From an uncultured Acidobacteriota bacterium (GTDB taxonomy: Bacteria > Acidobacteriota > UBA6911): a stretch of DNA of 64,000 bases. This document shows, piece by piece, positions 38,634-49,086 of this stretch. The stretch is from assembly GCA_963839475.1 (NCBI GenBank), contig CAWIVH010000005.1, positions 10,357 through 74,356 on the forward strand, in the 5' to 3' direction. The first letter of the stretch is position 1. Each line of letters starts with the position of its first letter. The translations under genes were made by a program, and so were the position numbers. Under the pieces are notes generated by a model, which ran no database searches, was not told where the DNA came from, and saw only the letters and a list, made by a program, of their open reading frames with translations.

Positions 38634-39629
38634 TCATTGCCCGGCGGCTGAGCACCGGCGCAAGCGGTCCATGATCGCGGTGCCCAAACCTTCCTCCGGG
38701 ACGGGAACAGCCACCAATCGGTCCAAGCCCAGGGAATCCAGCCTGCGCAAGGCTGAAAACAGGTTAGCGGCGGCTTCGCGAAGGTTACCGGTCGGGGAGA
38801 GGATTTCGATCGCCTCGAACTGGTTGGGCGCTTCCGGAGGGGTGAATGCCAGGAGCCCTGCCCTTTCGCCGGTTTTCAATCCTTGCTCCGGCTTTTCCAG
38901 GATTTCAAGGGGAGTCAAGGTCGCGTAGTGACGCGAGAGCTGCCCAGGGGACTCCGGCCGCGAGGCATCTCCTGTAAATCGGAGGAGTGGTCCCAGCAGC
39001 TCCTCCAGATCTTCGATCGCGGTACCGCCTGCCCTCAAAATGACCGGAAAAGGTCCCGCCAGCGAAAGGATGGTGGATTCAACCCCGACTGTGCAGGGCC
39101 CTCCATCAAGGATCAAATCGACTGCATCGCCTAATTGATCCATGACATGGCTGGCCTGTGTCGGACTTATGTAGCCGAAAGGATTGGCGCTCGGAGCCGC
39201 GATGGCTCTGTCCGAAGCCCGGATCAGATCCAGGGCGGCCGGATGATGTGGAACACGTATCGCGACCGTCGGAAGGCCTGCCGTGACAATCGGCGGGATC
39301 CGATCGGTTTTGTACAGGACAAGCGTCAGTGGCCCGGGCCAAAAACGCTGCGCGAGCTGAGAAGCGCAGCCTCCGTCGGGAAGCGCAAAACGAGATACTT
39401 CATCCGGTCCTGCAAGATGGACGATCAACGGATCGAAGGAAGGCCTTTTCTTCACTTCGAAAATCCTCGCAACGGCGGACGGATTGCAGGCGTCGGCTCC
39501 CAGACCGTAAACGGTTTCGGTCGGAAAAGCGACCAACCCTCCGCTTCGAATAATGTCGGCCGCCCTCGAAATGGCGGCCGGATCGGAAGCATCCAGAATC
39601 TTTTGCACTAGAGCCATCCTTGCCTGCAA
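38634..39629 (-). CDS. sua5: L-threonylcarbamoyladenylate synthase (Sua5/TsaC)
   Basis: VAFPTETVYGLGA, KKRPSFDPLIVH, FWPGPLT, AAPSAN, GVESTI, SPGQLSRHYA, C-terminal SUA5 domain. Confidence 0.96.
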   Translation of the reverse strand: MQARMALVQKILDASDPAAISRAADIIRSGGLVAFPTETVYGLGADACNPSAVARIFEVKKRPSFDPLIVHLAGPDEVSRFALPDGGCASQLAQRFWPGPLTLVLYKTDRIPPIVTAGLPTVAIRVPHHPAALDLIRASDRAIAAPSANPFGYISPTQASHVMDQLGDAVDLILDGGPCTVGVESTILSLAGPFPVILRAGGTAIEDLEELLGPLLRFTGDASRPESPGQLSRHYATLTPLEILEKPEQGLKTGERAGLLAFTPPEAPNQFEAIEILSPTGNLREAAANLFSALRRLDSLGLDRLVAVPVPEEGLGTAIMDRLRRCSAAGQ

Positions 39630-39751
39630 CTAAGGTTTATCCACGAATCCCACGCGGCCAATTATAGCAATTGCAGCGCCGCAAGGGAGTACATTCGCCC
39701 CGGTGCCGGCCATGGGTTGGCCTCCCTTTTATTCACTTGTTCTGCCTATTC

Positions 39752-39780
39752 TTGACAGCGCCGCGGAGCCAGCCTATATT
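39752..39780 (+). promoter_or_regulatory. sigma70-type promoter for the UpxY/NusG paralogue
   Basis: TTGACA-N17-TATATT about 50 nt before ATG 39832. Confidence 0.8.
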
Positions 39781-39831
39781 TCGCTTTCCTAATCACTTCT
39801 TTAGAAATTGGCCATCTTAAGAATAGGATGT

Positions 39832-40344
39832 ATGGAAACCACCACGGATATCGCCTGGTACGCCCTCTACACAAGAAGCCGCTTCGAAAAGAAACTCCTG
39901 GTCGAATTGACGGATCGCTCCATCGAGGTTTTCCTCCCGATGCGGGAAGTCCTCAGCCGCTGGAAGGACCGCAAGAAGAAGGTGTGGCTTCCTTTGTTCC
40001 CGGGATACATTTTTGTGCACCAGGAGGACAATCCTACCAATCGGTACCGTGTCCTCAATGTCCCCGGCGCCGTCAGATTCGTGGGTCACGAAGGTCAGCC
40101 GGAATCGATTCCCGAAGTTCAGATAGAAGGCATCAGGCGTTTCCTCGAATCCAGCATTTCAGTGGATCCCTACCCCTATCTCCAGATCGGACGCCCCTGC
40201 GAAGTCATTGCGGGCCCGCTGCGTGGAGTGCGGGGAATTCTGGTGCAGAAAAAGGGCAGGTTCCGTTTCGTTCTGCAGGTCGACCTGATTCGGCAGGCCG
40301 TATCCGTTGAAATCGATGCTTCTGACGTAAAACCTCTGGATTAA
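39832..40344 (+). CDS. UpxY/RfaH-type NusG paralogue (transcription antiterminator)
   Basis: WYALYTRSRFEKK, RWKDRKKKVWLPLFPGYIFV (NGN), KOW GRPCEVIAGPLRGVRG. Confidence 0.92.
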   Translation: METTTDIAWYALYTRSRFEKKLLVELTDRSIEVFLPMREVLSRWKDRKKKVWLPLFPGYIFVHQEDNPTNRYRVLNVPGAVRFVGHEGQPESIPEVQIEGIRRFLESSISVDPYPYLQIGRPCEVIAGPLRGVRGILVQKKGRFRFVLQVDLIRQAVSVEIDASDVKPLD

Positions 40345-40373
40345 GCTTCGGAGCCGTATTTTTAGTAAAACCC

Positions 40374-41534
40374 TCAATTGATCTCGAGCTCATCTTTGGA
40401 CGGCAGCTTGGGGAATGCGGCGTGGGGCTCCTTCTGATACCAAAATGCGCTGGAAGCAATATCGTCCCGGAGTGGCAGATACCTGCCGCCCGATTTCCAT
40501 CCCAGGGCCTGAATGGTGACCTTCAAATCCTTTTCAAAGCGGATAGGGTCCATGATATGCCACCTGTACATCCCGAACCGTTGCTGGGACTGGTACTGCC
40601 CGTCACCCCGAAGGACCTGGGCCAGGCCGGTGTAGGGCCCCGAAAATTCCTGGTATCGCTTTGTTTCGGGATGGTCGAAGTCGTAAGATCCACAGAAATA
40701 ATCTTCCGTCCCGGTTCCGCAGATGGTAGGGAACTCGCTGTCGCCATCCATGAAGAACTTGATTTCTCCTTCGCCCCACCATCCGCTGTTGTGGGATCCC
40801 CATGCAATATACGTCCCAACATAATGTCCCTGGCCTTTTACACCTTCCAGGATAATGTGATCGGTTTTGTCCGGGAGGGGATTGGAGCGCCGGAACTGCG
40901 TGTGCAGATAAGCTGCGTCTGCCGGTATTTCCGTGAGGGCGTAATCCACCTGGTAATAGAGCGTCATGGCATTGACATCTATATTCTCCATCGTGATCCG
41001 GCATGATTTTCGGAACGGCATGGGCCAATAGCTGTTGAACGCACTTCCCGGATTCACGGTTACGGCCAGAGAATGGATCTGGGCATATTTGCTCCAACCC
41101 ATCGCAAAAAAGTCTCCGACGGGGCACTCGATCGAAGGTTGCTCCTCGCCATCCCAGTAAAAGCGGATGATGGAAAAGCGCCAATTCCCCGTGGGTGTCA
41201 TCCAGATATGCTGTATGGCACCCGGACCGTCGATCCTGGCCATGGTGAATTCTTCCTTCGACTGGATTCTCACCGATGGGGAAACTTTCCATTTTTGGCC
41301 GAGCTCACGCGCGGCATTTTTTCCGGTTCCCTCAGTCGCCATGCCGCCGCGCCCCTTTTCCCCGTTAAAGTTTTCAGGGCTGATGGAGCGGGTTCGAGCC
41401 GAAGAGAGCCGGTAAAGGTTCCCCATACCCATCTGCAAACCGTTGAAACTTTCCTGCTGTGCATCGATGTTGACAGCAAGGAGGATCACTGTGACGGATA
41501 AGCCAAGGATTGTTCTAAGCGCCGGATTTTTCAT
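40374..41534 (-). CDS. secreted DUF2961 / GH172 glycoside hydrolase
   Basis: Signal peptide, SISPENFNGEKGRGG, GPGAIQHIWMT, WWGEGEIKFFMDGD, GTGTEDYF. Confidence 0.9.
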   Translation of the reverse strand: MKNPALRTILGLSVTVILLAVNIDAQQESFNGLQMGMGNLYRLSSARTRSISPENFNGEKGRGGMATEGTGKNAARELGQKWKVSPSVRIQSKEEFTMARIDGPGAIQHIWMTPTGNWRFSIIRFYWDGEEQPSIECPVGDFFAMGWSKYAQIHSLAVTVNPGSAFNSYWPMPFRKSCRITMENIDVNAMTLYYQVDYALTEIPADAAYLHTQFRRSNPLPDKTDHIILEGVKGQGHYVGTYIAWGSHNSGWWGEGEIKFFMDGDSEFPTICGTGTEDYFCGSYDFDHPETKRYQEFSGPYTGLAQVLRGDGQYQSQQRFGMYRWHIMDPIRFEKDLKVTIQALGWKSGGRYLPLRDDIASSAFWYQKEPHAAFPKLPSKDELEIN

Positions 41535-41758
41535 GGGATTCTCCCTTTCGAACCTGGTTTCGTCCTGCGTGAAGGGCGATTTTAATCCATCGCCGGAAAA
41601 TCGGGCGCAAAAAGAATGACGGAACCTTCTTTTGACGGGAGGGGCGTTGAACGCTCAGATCACCGAATTGTCAATCTTTGGGGGTGAAACCGTCTAAGGA
41701 AAACTCGTAGAATTCCGGCTCGGCTGCGGCAGTGGAACAGCCGACCTGGTGATTCGAC

Positions 41759-44293
41759 ATGAAGCCGACGTTGCTTAAATATCTCGACAACTTCCGTCGA
41801 TTGGACGGTTCGGTTGCCTATGTGCATCGGAGGGGGTACCGCCATGCGCGCTGGACCTATGCCGACGTGTGGGCGGCATCCGTCGGCTTTGCCCGGGAAC
41901 TGGAGAAACGCCAGGTCGCCAAGGGCGATAACGTGCTTATCTGGGGGGAAAACTGCGCAGAATGGGTGGCGGCATTCATGGGTTGCGTGATGCGCGGAGC
42001 TGTGGCGGTTCCGATGGATCAGATTGCGGCGCCTGAGTTCGCACGGCGTGTAATCCTGCAGGCCGGGATCCGGATGGCGGTTTGTTCCAGGGCATTCACA
42101 CTTTATGACCTCGGAGTTCCAGTGGTAGCCCTGGAGGACTTGTCCTATCGACCGGGCGGGCAGGTGGAGCCGTACCCCTCGCCGCATCTCCTGCCGGAGG
42201 ATGTCGTCCAGATTGTTTTCACATCGGGAACCACGGCCGATCCGAAGGGAGTGGTAATTTCACACAAGAATATCCTCGCAAACCTGGAGCCGCTCGAAAA
42301 AGAAATTGGCAAATACCTCAAATATGAGAGGCTGGTGCACCCGCTTCGATTCCTGAACCTGCTGCCTCTGAGTCATGTCTTTGGGCAGTTTCTTGGGATG
42401 TTCATCCCGCAGCTGCTTGGAGCTACCGTCGTTTTCCAGGACAGCCTCAACCCTTCGGAAATCATAGAAACCATAAGGCGGGAAAAAGTATCCGTGCTGG
42501 TGGCCGTACCCCGCCTCCTCGACTCCCTGCGCGACAAACTGGAGCGTGACGCTGAGAGCTCCGGCCAACTCGAGAGCTTTCGCAAGGAGTTCGAAACAGC
42601 GCTAAGCGAGCATTTCATCTTTCGCTGGTGGCGTTTCCGCAAGATCCACAGCCAATTCGGCTGGAAATTCTGGGCCTTCATCTCAGGTGGCGCGGCGCTG
42701 GATGCGAAAACCGAGCAGTTCTGGGGACGGCTCAGTTTCGTCGTAATCCAGGGGTACGGCCTGACTGAGACGACCTCGATCATCAGCGTCAACCACCCGT
42801 TCAGGCTGGGCAAGGGATCCATCGGGAAGGTGCTTCCGGGGCGCGAGATCAAGCTGGCTCCCGATGGCGAGATACTGGTGAGGGGAGAGAATATCGCATC
42901 CGCCTACTACCGAGCGAAGGACTACCAGGCGGTGTCGGGGGATGAGGGCTGGTTCCATACGGGCGACATGGGGGAACTCGATGCCCAGGGAAATTTGTTT
43001 TTTAAGGGCCGGAGGAAGAATGTCCTCGTCACCCGCGAGGGGATGAACATTTTTCCGGAGGATCTCGAAGCGGCCTTGAAGGTGCAGCCGGGTGTTCGGG
43101 ATTGCATTGTTGTCGGACTGGAGCAGGAAGGGAATTCAGAGCCGTGTGCCGTACTGCTGATGCATGACCGCGAGTCCGATGTCTCGACGGCTATAGCGAA
43201 AGCGAATGAATGCCTGGCCGACTATCAGCGAATCCGGAAGTGGTACGTGTGGCCAGAGGAAGATTTCCCACGCACTTCGACACAGAAGCCGCGGCATGGC
43301 ATCATCCAGGAGCAGGTTCGCGCCCGTCTGGCCGGAGGCGAAAAGCCCGTTTCCAGCGGGACTCTGGCTGAGCTGATTTCGCGCATTACGGGGCGTTCCC
43401 GGGGAGAACTTTCGCCCGAAGTGAACCTCTCCGCCGATCTTGGTCTCAGCTCCATCGAAAGGGTTGAGTTGCTGGGAGCTCTCGAGGATAGGTATCAGGT
43501 GGATCTGAATGAATCCCGCTTCACTTCCGCCACCACGGTCGGCGATCTGGAAGCCATGCTCCGACAGCCTGTTCCACAGCGCAGTGACTATATATATCCA
43601 CGCTGGGCCAGATCCTGGCCGGTCGCCTTCATCCGCATGATTGTCTACTACCTTCTCTCCTGGCCTGCCACTATGTTCATGGCGCGGCCCATCATCCGTG
43701 GTAGGGAACACCTGCGGGGATTGGATGGCCCCCTGCTCCTGATCTCCAATCACATCACCCAGGTCGATATCGGTTTTGTGCTGCTCGCACTGCCCTGGCG
43801 CTATCGCCATCGGCTTGCGGTGGCCATGCTGGGTGAAATGCTTCAGGCGATGCGCCATCCTCCCGGTGACGCGGGATTTTGGCGGCGGTGCCTGGAGCGA
43901 CTTTCGTACTTCCTCGTGGTTGCCCTGTTCAACGTTTTTCCTCTTCCGCAGCAGACCGGATTCAGGAGAAGTTTCGCGTATGCAGGGGAGTGTGCCGATC
44001 GCGGGCTTTCCATACTTGTTTTTCCTGAAGGCCGCCGGACCCAGGATGGAAACCTTTCTCCCTTCAGGGCGGGGGTTGGAATGCTGGCCAAAAATCTGGC
44101 CCTTCCCGTGGTTCCGATGCGGATTGACGGATTGTGGGAAATGAAACAAAAAGCTCGCAGAATCGCACGCCGCGGGGAAGTAAGAGTAACAGTAGGCGAA
44201 GTATTCCGCTTTCAGACGGATGCCGACGCCGAATGGATCGCCGCCGAGCTGGAACGCCGGATGCGAGAATTAAAGTGGGACGCACCAGCATGA
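41759..44293 (+). CDS. acyl-CoA ligase - acyl carrier - 1-acylglycerol-3-phosphate acyltransferase fusion
   Basis: FTSGTTADPKG, QGYGLTE, FHTGD; ACP-like DLGLSSIERVEL; PlsC SNHITQVD and VFPEGRRT. Confidence 0.92.
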   Translation: MKPTLLKYLDNFRRLDGSVAYVHRRGYRHARWTYADVWAASVGFARELEKRQVAKGDNVLIWGENCAEWVAAFMGCVMRGAVAVPMDQIAAPEFARRVILQAGIRMAVCSRAFTLYDLGVPVVALEDLSYRPGGQVEPYPSPHLLPEDVVQIVFTSGTTADPKGVVISHKNILANLEPLEKEIGKYLKYERLVHPLRFLNLLPLSHVFGQFLGMFIPQLLGATVVFQDSLNPSEIIETIRREKVSVLVAVPRLLDSLRDKLERDAESSGQLESFRKEFETALSEHFIFRWWRFRKIHSQFGWKFWAFISGGAALDAKTEQFWGRLSFVVIQGYGLTETTSIISVNHPFRLGKGSIGKVLPGREIKLAPDGEILVRGENIASAYYRAKDYQAVSGDEGWFHTGDMGELDAQGNLFFKGRRKNVLVTREGMNIFPEDLEAALKVQPGVRDCIVVGLEQEGNSEPCAVLLMHDRESDVSTAIAKANECLADYQRIRKWYVWPEEDFPRTSTQKPRHGIIQEQVRARLAGGEKPVSSGTLAELISRITGRSRGELSPEVNLSADLGLSSIERVELLGALEDRYQVDLNESRFTSATTVGDLEAMLRQPVPQRSDYIYPRWARSWPVAFIRMIVYYLLSWPATMFMARPIIRGREHLRGLDGPLLLISNHITQVDIGFVLLALPWRYRHRLAVAMLGEMLQAMRHPPGDAGFWRRCLERLSYFLVVALFNVFPLPQQTGFRRSFAYAGECADRGLSILVFPEGRRTQDGNLSPFRAGVGMLAKNLALPVVPMRIDGLWEMKQKARRIARRGEVRVTVGEVFRFQTDADAEWIAAELERRMRELKWDAPA

Positions 44294-44994
44294 AGAAAGT
44301 CGTTGAGAGGGAAAGAAATAAGAGATATTACAGGGTCCTCCATGTCCCGATCTGGTTGTGGGTTTTTTTTATTCTGCCGGGGAACCTGACTTACGATTTG
44401 TATACTCATGGGCCGAATGGACGGCATGCGCTTTGGCTGGCCCTTGTCTTGGCCGTCTGCGCGGTTAGAGGATTCAAGGGAAGACTGCCGGGAGTCGAAC
44501 CCCGCCCCTATATCACCCATTACGGCGTGGATCAGCCGAACTTGCCTTACAGGGTCGTTTGTTACACCGCGGCTTGGATTGACCTGCTGGTACCCTTTAC
44601 GCTCAATTTTATCGGGCTTACCATGGCTTCCGTAACCGGCGTCTGGAAACTGCAGCAGCTGTACGCCTGGTTGTATTATCCACTTGCCTTTGCAGTCATT
44701 GCCGGAACATTTTTCGGACTCACGCCGAGGGCAAAACGCTCCACGATCGGCGAGGGAGCTGAAAAGGCCTGGTTTTATGTGGCTATCTGGACCGTCGTCC
44801 CGACCCAAGTGACAGCCTGGGGCGCCTGGCGCCTCGGCAGCCGGCTGGGATTCGATCCGCTGGCCCTCAGCCGGTTCCGCTTCGGAGTGTTCCTGGGGGT
44901 GACAGCCTTGTTTCTGACGCTGGGAATTCGACAGATACTGCCCCGCACCCGGCGTTATTACACTCCTATGATGCCGGCCACCGGCGGCTTCTAA
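44290..44994 (+). CDS. hypothetical integral membrane protein
   Basis: ATGA overlap with the upstream fusion; about 5-6 hydrophobic segments. Confidence 0.75.
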   Translation: MKKVVERERNKRYYRVLHVPIWLWVFFILPGNLTYDLYTHGPNGRHALWLALVLAVCAVRGFKGRLPGVEPRPYITHYGVDQPNLPYRVVCYTAAWIDLLVPFTLNFIGLTMASVTGVWKLQQLYAWLYYPLAFAVIAGTFFGLTPRAKRSTIGEGAEKAWFYVAIWTVVPTQVTAWGAWRLGSRLGFDPLALSRFRFGVFLGVTALFLTLGIRQILPRTRRYYTPMMPATGGF

Positions 44995-45010
44995 ACCTGG
45001 ATGAAACCGG

Positions 45011-45343
45011 TCAGGAGCTTGCCGCAGCAGCCGCGGCGGCCTGTTCGCGTCGCCGCTTGGTCATGACGGCAGGAGCCTGGCTTCCCGAACCGCCCGTAAC
45101 CGCGATGGTAACCATCCCCCACCCCAGGCCTTTGAGCGGGTTGCTCCAGCGTATATGGCCCGTGGACTGATCGAGCGCATAAATCTCGCCGCGCGCGGTA
45201 GCATAAAGCTCACCTTCCGAAAGAACGACATTTACAAAATCATCCCCTTTCAACAATACCCGCCAGACTTCCGCTCCGGTCGCGCGGTCAAGTGCCACAA
45301 CATTTCCCTTGATCCCCAGGAAAACCAGATCCGATCCACCCAT
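45011..45343 (-). CDS. small PQQ-like beta-propeller repeat protein
   Basis: VVALDRATGAEVW and IYALDQSTGHIRWS repeats. Confidence 0.75.
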   Translation of the reverse strand: MGGSDLVFLGIKGNVVALDRATGAEVWRVLLKGDDFVNVVLSEGELYATARGEIYALDQSTGHIRWSNPLKGLGWGMVTIAVTGGSGSQAPAVMTKRRREQAAAAAAASS

Positions 45344-45445
45344 AAACCGCCTCCTCCTGTTTCCGAAGTCCAGGATCTCATTCCACTTGCGCCGGCAACA
45401 GCTGCCGGAATTCTAAGCGCCGGGTCCATCCCGGCTCTGAAGTCG

Positions 45446-46228
45446 CTACTTGAAGATGTCCGACGGGATTTCCTTGTAGCCGGCGGGAACCTCGAATACC
45501 GAGCTTGGGATTGGCGACTTTCTGATGGAGGTGACAACTGTAGTGCGAGTTATTGTCGTCTTTCCCGCCTTGATGCTTTGAACGCTCTTGAGTGTCATCC
45601 CGTCAATCTTCTTGAACTCCTCGAACAGTATTTTGATGTTGAAAAGGGGATTTGCGCCAATATTCATTTTGAGTGCTTCGTAGTAGAGCGGCGGAACCTT
45701 TAACTCCGGAGCTGCCCAAATGTCGAGTTGCATCGGTCCCTGGACGGAATACTTTTCCGTTCGATATCCCGCGATGGTTTCACCGGCTCCTGTCCTGGTC
45801 ACGGTGATCGATCCCATGGTTTTACCCATAGCCTCCCTTATGGTTTCCATTTGAACTTTATCCTCGGAGATTTCTTCCGCCGCCTTTTCGATCTCCTCGT
45901 TCATCTGCTGAATGGTAATGGAACTGTATGTCTTGTCTTTGTGATTGATGGTAATGATTCGCCCCTGGTCGATCCGGATGATCATATCCACACCGTCCGG
46001 GGAATTCCGTCTCATAGCGTTCTTTCCAAAATAATCAGTCGACCGGATGATCTCACCGGGTGAACCGGGCAGGGCTCCAGTGATCGTCGTGGTTTCCTGC
46101 AGGGTCAAGTCAATCGCGGGCTGCGACGGCTTTTTCTTTGCAGTGTTTTGACATAGAGCTGGCACGCAGATTAAAGCCGCATGCCAAATCAGTAAAACTC
46201 CAGCGCACCACGCTTTTGTAGCCCTCAT
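45446..46228 (-). CDS. secreted DUF4412-like protein
   Basis: Signal peptide, GETIAGYRTEKY, C-terminal IPSSVFEVPAGYKE. Confidence 0.7.
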   Translation of the reverse strand: MRATKAWCAGVLLIWHAALICVPALCQNTAKKKPSQPAIDLTLQETTTITGALPGSPGEIIRSTDYFGKNAMRRNSPDGVDMIIRIDQGRIITINHKDKTYSSITIQQMNEEIEKAAEEISEDKVQMETIREAMGKTMGSITVTRTGAGETIAGYRTEKYSVQGPMQLDIWAAPELKVPPLYYEALKMNIGANPLFNIKILFEEFKKIDGMTLKSVQSIKAGKTTITRTTVVTSIRKSPIPSSVFEVPAGYKEIPSDIFK

Positions 46229-46434
46229 CGAAAGCCCCGATTCAGAGATAACAGGAAGATTTTCCGCGAGTTCAAGCGGTCAATTAATAATTCACCACAC
46301 GGCTTCAAAAAACCACAAGGTTTTTGGACCCGTCTGAAGACGGCATAGACAGTCCGTATCAGAATTCAGAATGACTGAACTCCATGGGTGCGTTATATGA
46401 TGGGTTTCCCGCGCTATTTTGCTGGAGGACATCG

Positions 46435-48141
46435 ATGGATCGAAGACAATTTATGTGGACAGGTACCTACCCGCTTTTTTCTAATTGGATGACTGGCACG
46501 GCCGCCGGAGCCGATTCTGGACTTCGAGGTTGCCCGGAGGTTTATTCCGCCCTGGTCTCTGCCAATGACGAACAGGTTCCGCTTCTCCTCGCAAAACAGG
46601 AACGCCAATCCTCAAGCCGACAATTGGGCGGCTTGTCGGATGCGGACGGGATTTACACCGCGGGTGCTGCCGCTGGATTCATCAGAACCCTGGCGGCTGC
46701 ATTTTGTGCTCCCGAATCCAAACATTATCTCTCGAAGGACCTTATCCAGCCGATGGAATTAGCCGCAAAATTCCTGCGTTCGATCCAGCATCCTGATGGT
46801 ACGATCGACCTTCACACCACCAACTTCCATTCTCCCCCGGACACCGCTTTCGTGGTGGATCCCGCAGCCGTCGCAGTTGCCATTCTTCAGCGGCAGAATC
46901 ATAGCGGACTGACCGGCTTATTGTCCTTGATGAAGTCTTTTCTGTTGGCGGCTGGGGATGCTTTGGCCACGGGGGGATTACACACCCCCAATCATCGTTG
47001 GGTGGTTTGCTCCGCTCTGGCCCGGCTACACAAGCTCGGTCCGAATGAAAAATACCTCAAACGAATCGATTCCTGGCTTGGCGAAGGCATTGATATTGAT
47101 GCCGATGGACAATTCAACGAACGAAGCACCTCCGTGTACTCGCCCGTGACCGATAGTGCACTGACTACCGTCGCCCGCCTCCTTGACCGGCCTGCACTCC
47201 TTGACCCGGTCAGGCGCAATCTCGAAATGACTTTTTATTACCTGCATGCCGATGGAGAGGTGGCAACGGAAGGATCGCGGCGCCAGGATCAGTACGCCCG
47301 CGGATCGACGACTGGCTACTACCTTCCAGCCCGCTACCTGGCAATTCGAGACCGGAATGGGCGGTTGGCAAGCTTCGTTCGTTCCATTGAGGCGATCGGG
47401 TGTGAGCGCCTGGCGGGAAACCTGGCCTATTTCCTTGAAAATCCAGATTTGCGAAGTCCATTACCCGCTTCTGAACCGCTGCCATCCGATTTTTCCCGCT
47501 TCTTTGTGGGCTCCAACCTTGTCCGCATTCGCCGAAAAGCCGTCAGCGGCACTATCCTCGGCGGGAACCCGGTCCTGTTTTCATTCCACAAAGGGGAAGC
47601 TGCGTTGGAGAGCGTCCGGCTGGCTGCGGCATTTTTCGGCAAAGGCCAGTTCGTCGGAGAAAAGCTGATCTGGGAAATGAACCGCGGCATCCTCAGCCAA
47701 AGCCTCGTAGCTCCCTATTATCAACCGCTTGCGGAAAAAGACCGGCGCACCGACGGGGATTGGGGCCGGATGGACCGCTCGTTGCGGCAGCAAAGCGAGG
47801 TCCAGTCACTAAATACCCGGGTTGTGGTCTCAGAAGAGAATGGGCGCTTTGAAATCGAAATCCGAATGACCGGCTGCGAACGAGTTCCGGTCTCGGTTGA
47901 ACTTGGATTCAGGCGCCGGGGAAATTTATCCGGTGTCACGCCTCATCCCTCAATTGCGGATGCATTCCTCCTATCCTCCGGGTATGGATCTTATGAATCG
48001 GGGGGGGAGACCATCGAGTTCGGACCCGGATTATCCGAACACAGGTATGTTCAAATTCGCGGGGCACTACCGAAGCTGGACGCATTAAGCGTTTATATCA
48101 CAGGGTTTACACCGTTTAAACATAATCTGATCATCCGGTAG
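46435..48141 (+). CDS. putative Tat-exported protein (alpha/alpha toroid, lyase-like by inference)
   Basis: GGAGGA RBS; MDRRQF twin-arginine; motifs GGLHTPNHRWV, DGQFNERSTSVY, SRRQDQY. Confidence 0.7.
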   Translation: MDRRQFMWTGTYPLFSNWMTGTAAGADSGLRGCPEVYSALVSANDEQVPLLLAKQERQSSSRQLGGLSDADGIYTAGAAAGFIRTLAAAFCAPESKHYLSKDLIQPMELAAKFLRSIQHPDGTIDLHTTNFHSPPDTAFVVDPAAVAVAILQRQNHSGLTGLLSLMKSFLLAAGDALATGGLHTPNHRWVVCSALARLHKLGPNEKYLKRIDSWLGEGIDIDADGQFNERSTSVYSPVTDSALTTVARLLDRPALLDPVRRNLEMTFYYLHADGEVATEGSRRQDQYARGSTTGYYLPARYLAIRDRNGRLASFVRSIEAIGCERLAGNLAYFLENPDLRSPLPASEPLPSDFSRFFVGSNLVRIRRKAVSGTILGGNPVLFSFHKGEAALESVRLAAAFFGKGQFVGEKLIWEMNRGILSQSLVAPYYQPLAEKDRRTDGDWGRMDRSLRQQSEVQSLNTRVVVSEENGRFEIEIRMTGCERVPVSVELGFRRRGNLSGVTPHPSIADAFLLSSGYGSYESGGETIEFGPGLSEHRYVQIRGALPKLDALSVYITGFTPFKHNLIIR

Positions 48142-48418
48142 CACCGTCCAAGGATCCTTTATCTGGTTCCGAGTCGGCCGCGAATTGCGCGCTGTTTTGG
48201 GACATTTTCTTCACCACTTATCTGCACTCCCGCTCACGTTTGGATGGTCAGACAGACCGGTCAGGGCTTGACCTGGGCCGTGCGATTTGGCAACTTTGTA
48301 ATGGTTCTGGAGTTTTGGATCCCTGTCCATCCTATTTCTGAGCCGGTCATGCACTTGACTGGCAGGGAAATGAGGCAGGGAAAATCATTGGATTCAACAA
48401 GATAGCAAAGGACTGAAA

Positions 48419-48841
48419 ATGCCGAGAAAGAAAAAAGCCTCAACGGAAAGCGAATCGCCTGCCAGCATACAAGCGGCTGCGCCGGCACCTGAATTGAAGA
48501 CAAGCAAGACCAGGAACAAGACCGCCGGCTCAGCCAAAAAAACCGTCGCCAGGAAAAAGGCGACCGAGACCGAAGCACAGCAGGTTCAGGCCGTTGAACA
48601 GGTTCCAGTCCAGCTGCAGCAGGAAGCCACTCCTGCTATTGAGAATATAGAATTGCCGGCCACGGATCCGAATGAAATCCCCGCGGTTCCGGAGTATGAA
48701 CAGGTCGCATTGCTCGCCTATTCCTTTTGGGCAGCTCGAGGCTATCAGGGCGGGTCACCCGCGGAAGACTGGTTCAGAGCCGAGCAGGAAATCCGCCGCA
48801 GACGCGATGATCGCTCGCAGGACCATCCGGGAGTTCAATAA
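48419..48841 (+). CDS. DUF2934 domain protein
   Basis: Lys/Ala-rich N-terminus, then EQVALLAYSFWAARGYQGGSPAEDWFRAEQEI. Confidence 0.88.
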   Translation: MPRKKKASTESESPASIQAAAPAPELKTSKTRNKTAGSAKKTVARKKATETEAQQVQAVEQVPVQLQQEATPAIENIELPATDPNEIPAVPEYEQVALLAYSFWAARGYQGGSPAEDWFRAEQEIRRRRDDRSQDHPGVQ

Positions 48842-49086
48842 GCCGCCAGGAAAAAGCGGCGGCAACCGCCGGGTTTTCGGCAAATTCTCCGCAAAATCGA
48901 ACTTCATCAAGGGGTAACCTGATGGACGGCTCCGTTTTTTTGCGCCTCCTATAGGTCGCATCGTCAAGGCCCCCCGAAGACTGCAATGCCTGATTTGCGC
49001 GATTTTTTTTGCCGATCGCTGACATTCATTGCGAGGACTTTGAGTGCTTCGGGTTAAAATCGAACTCTCATCCTGAAGGAGGCCGT

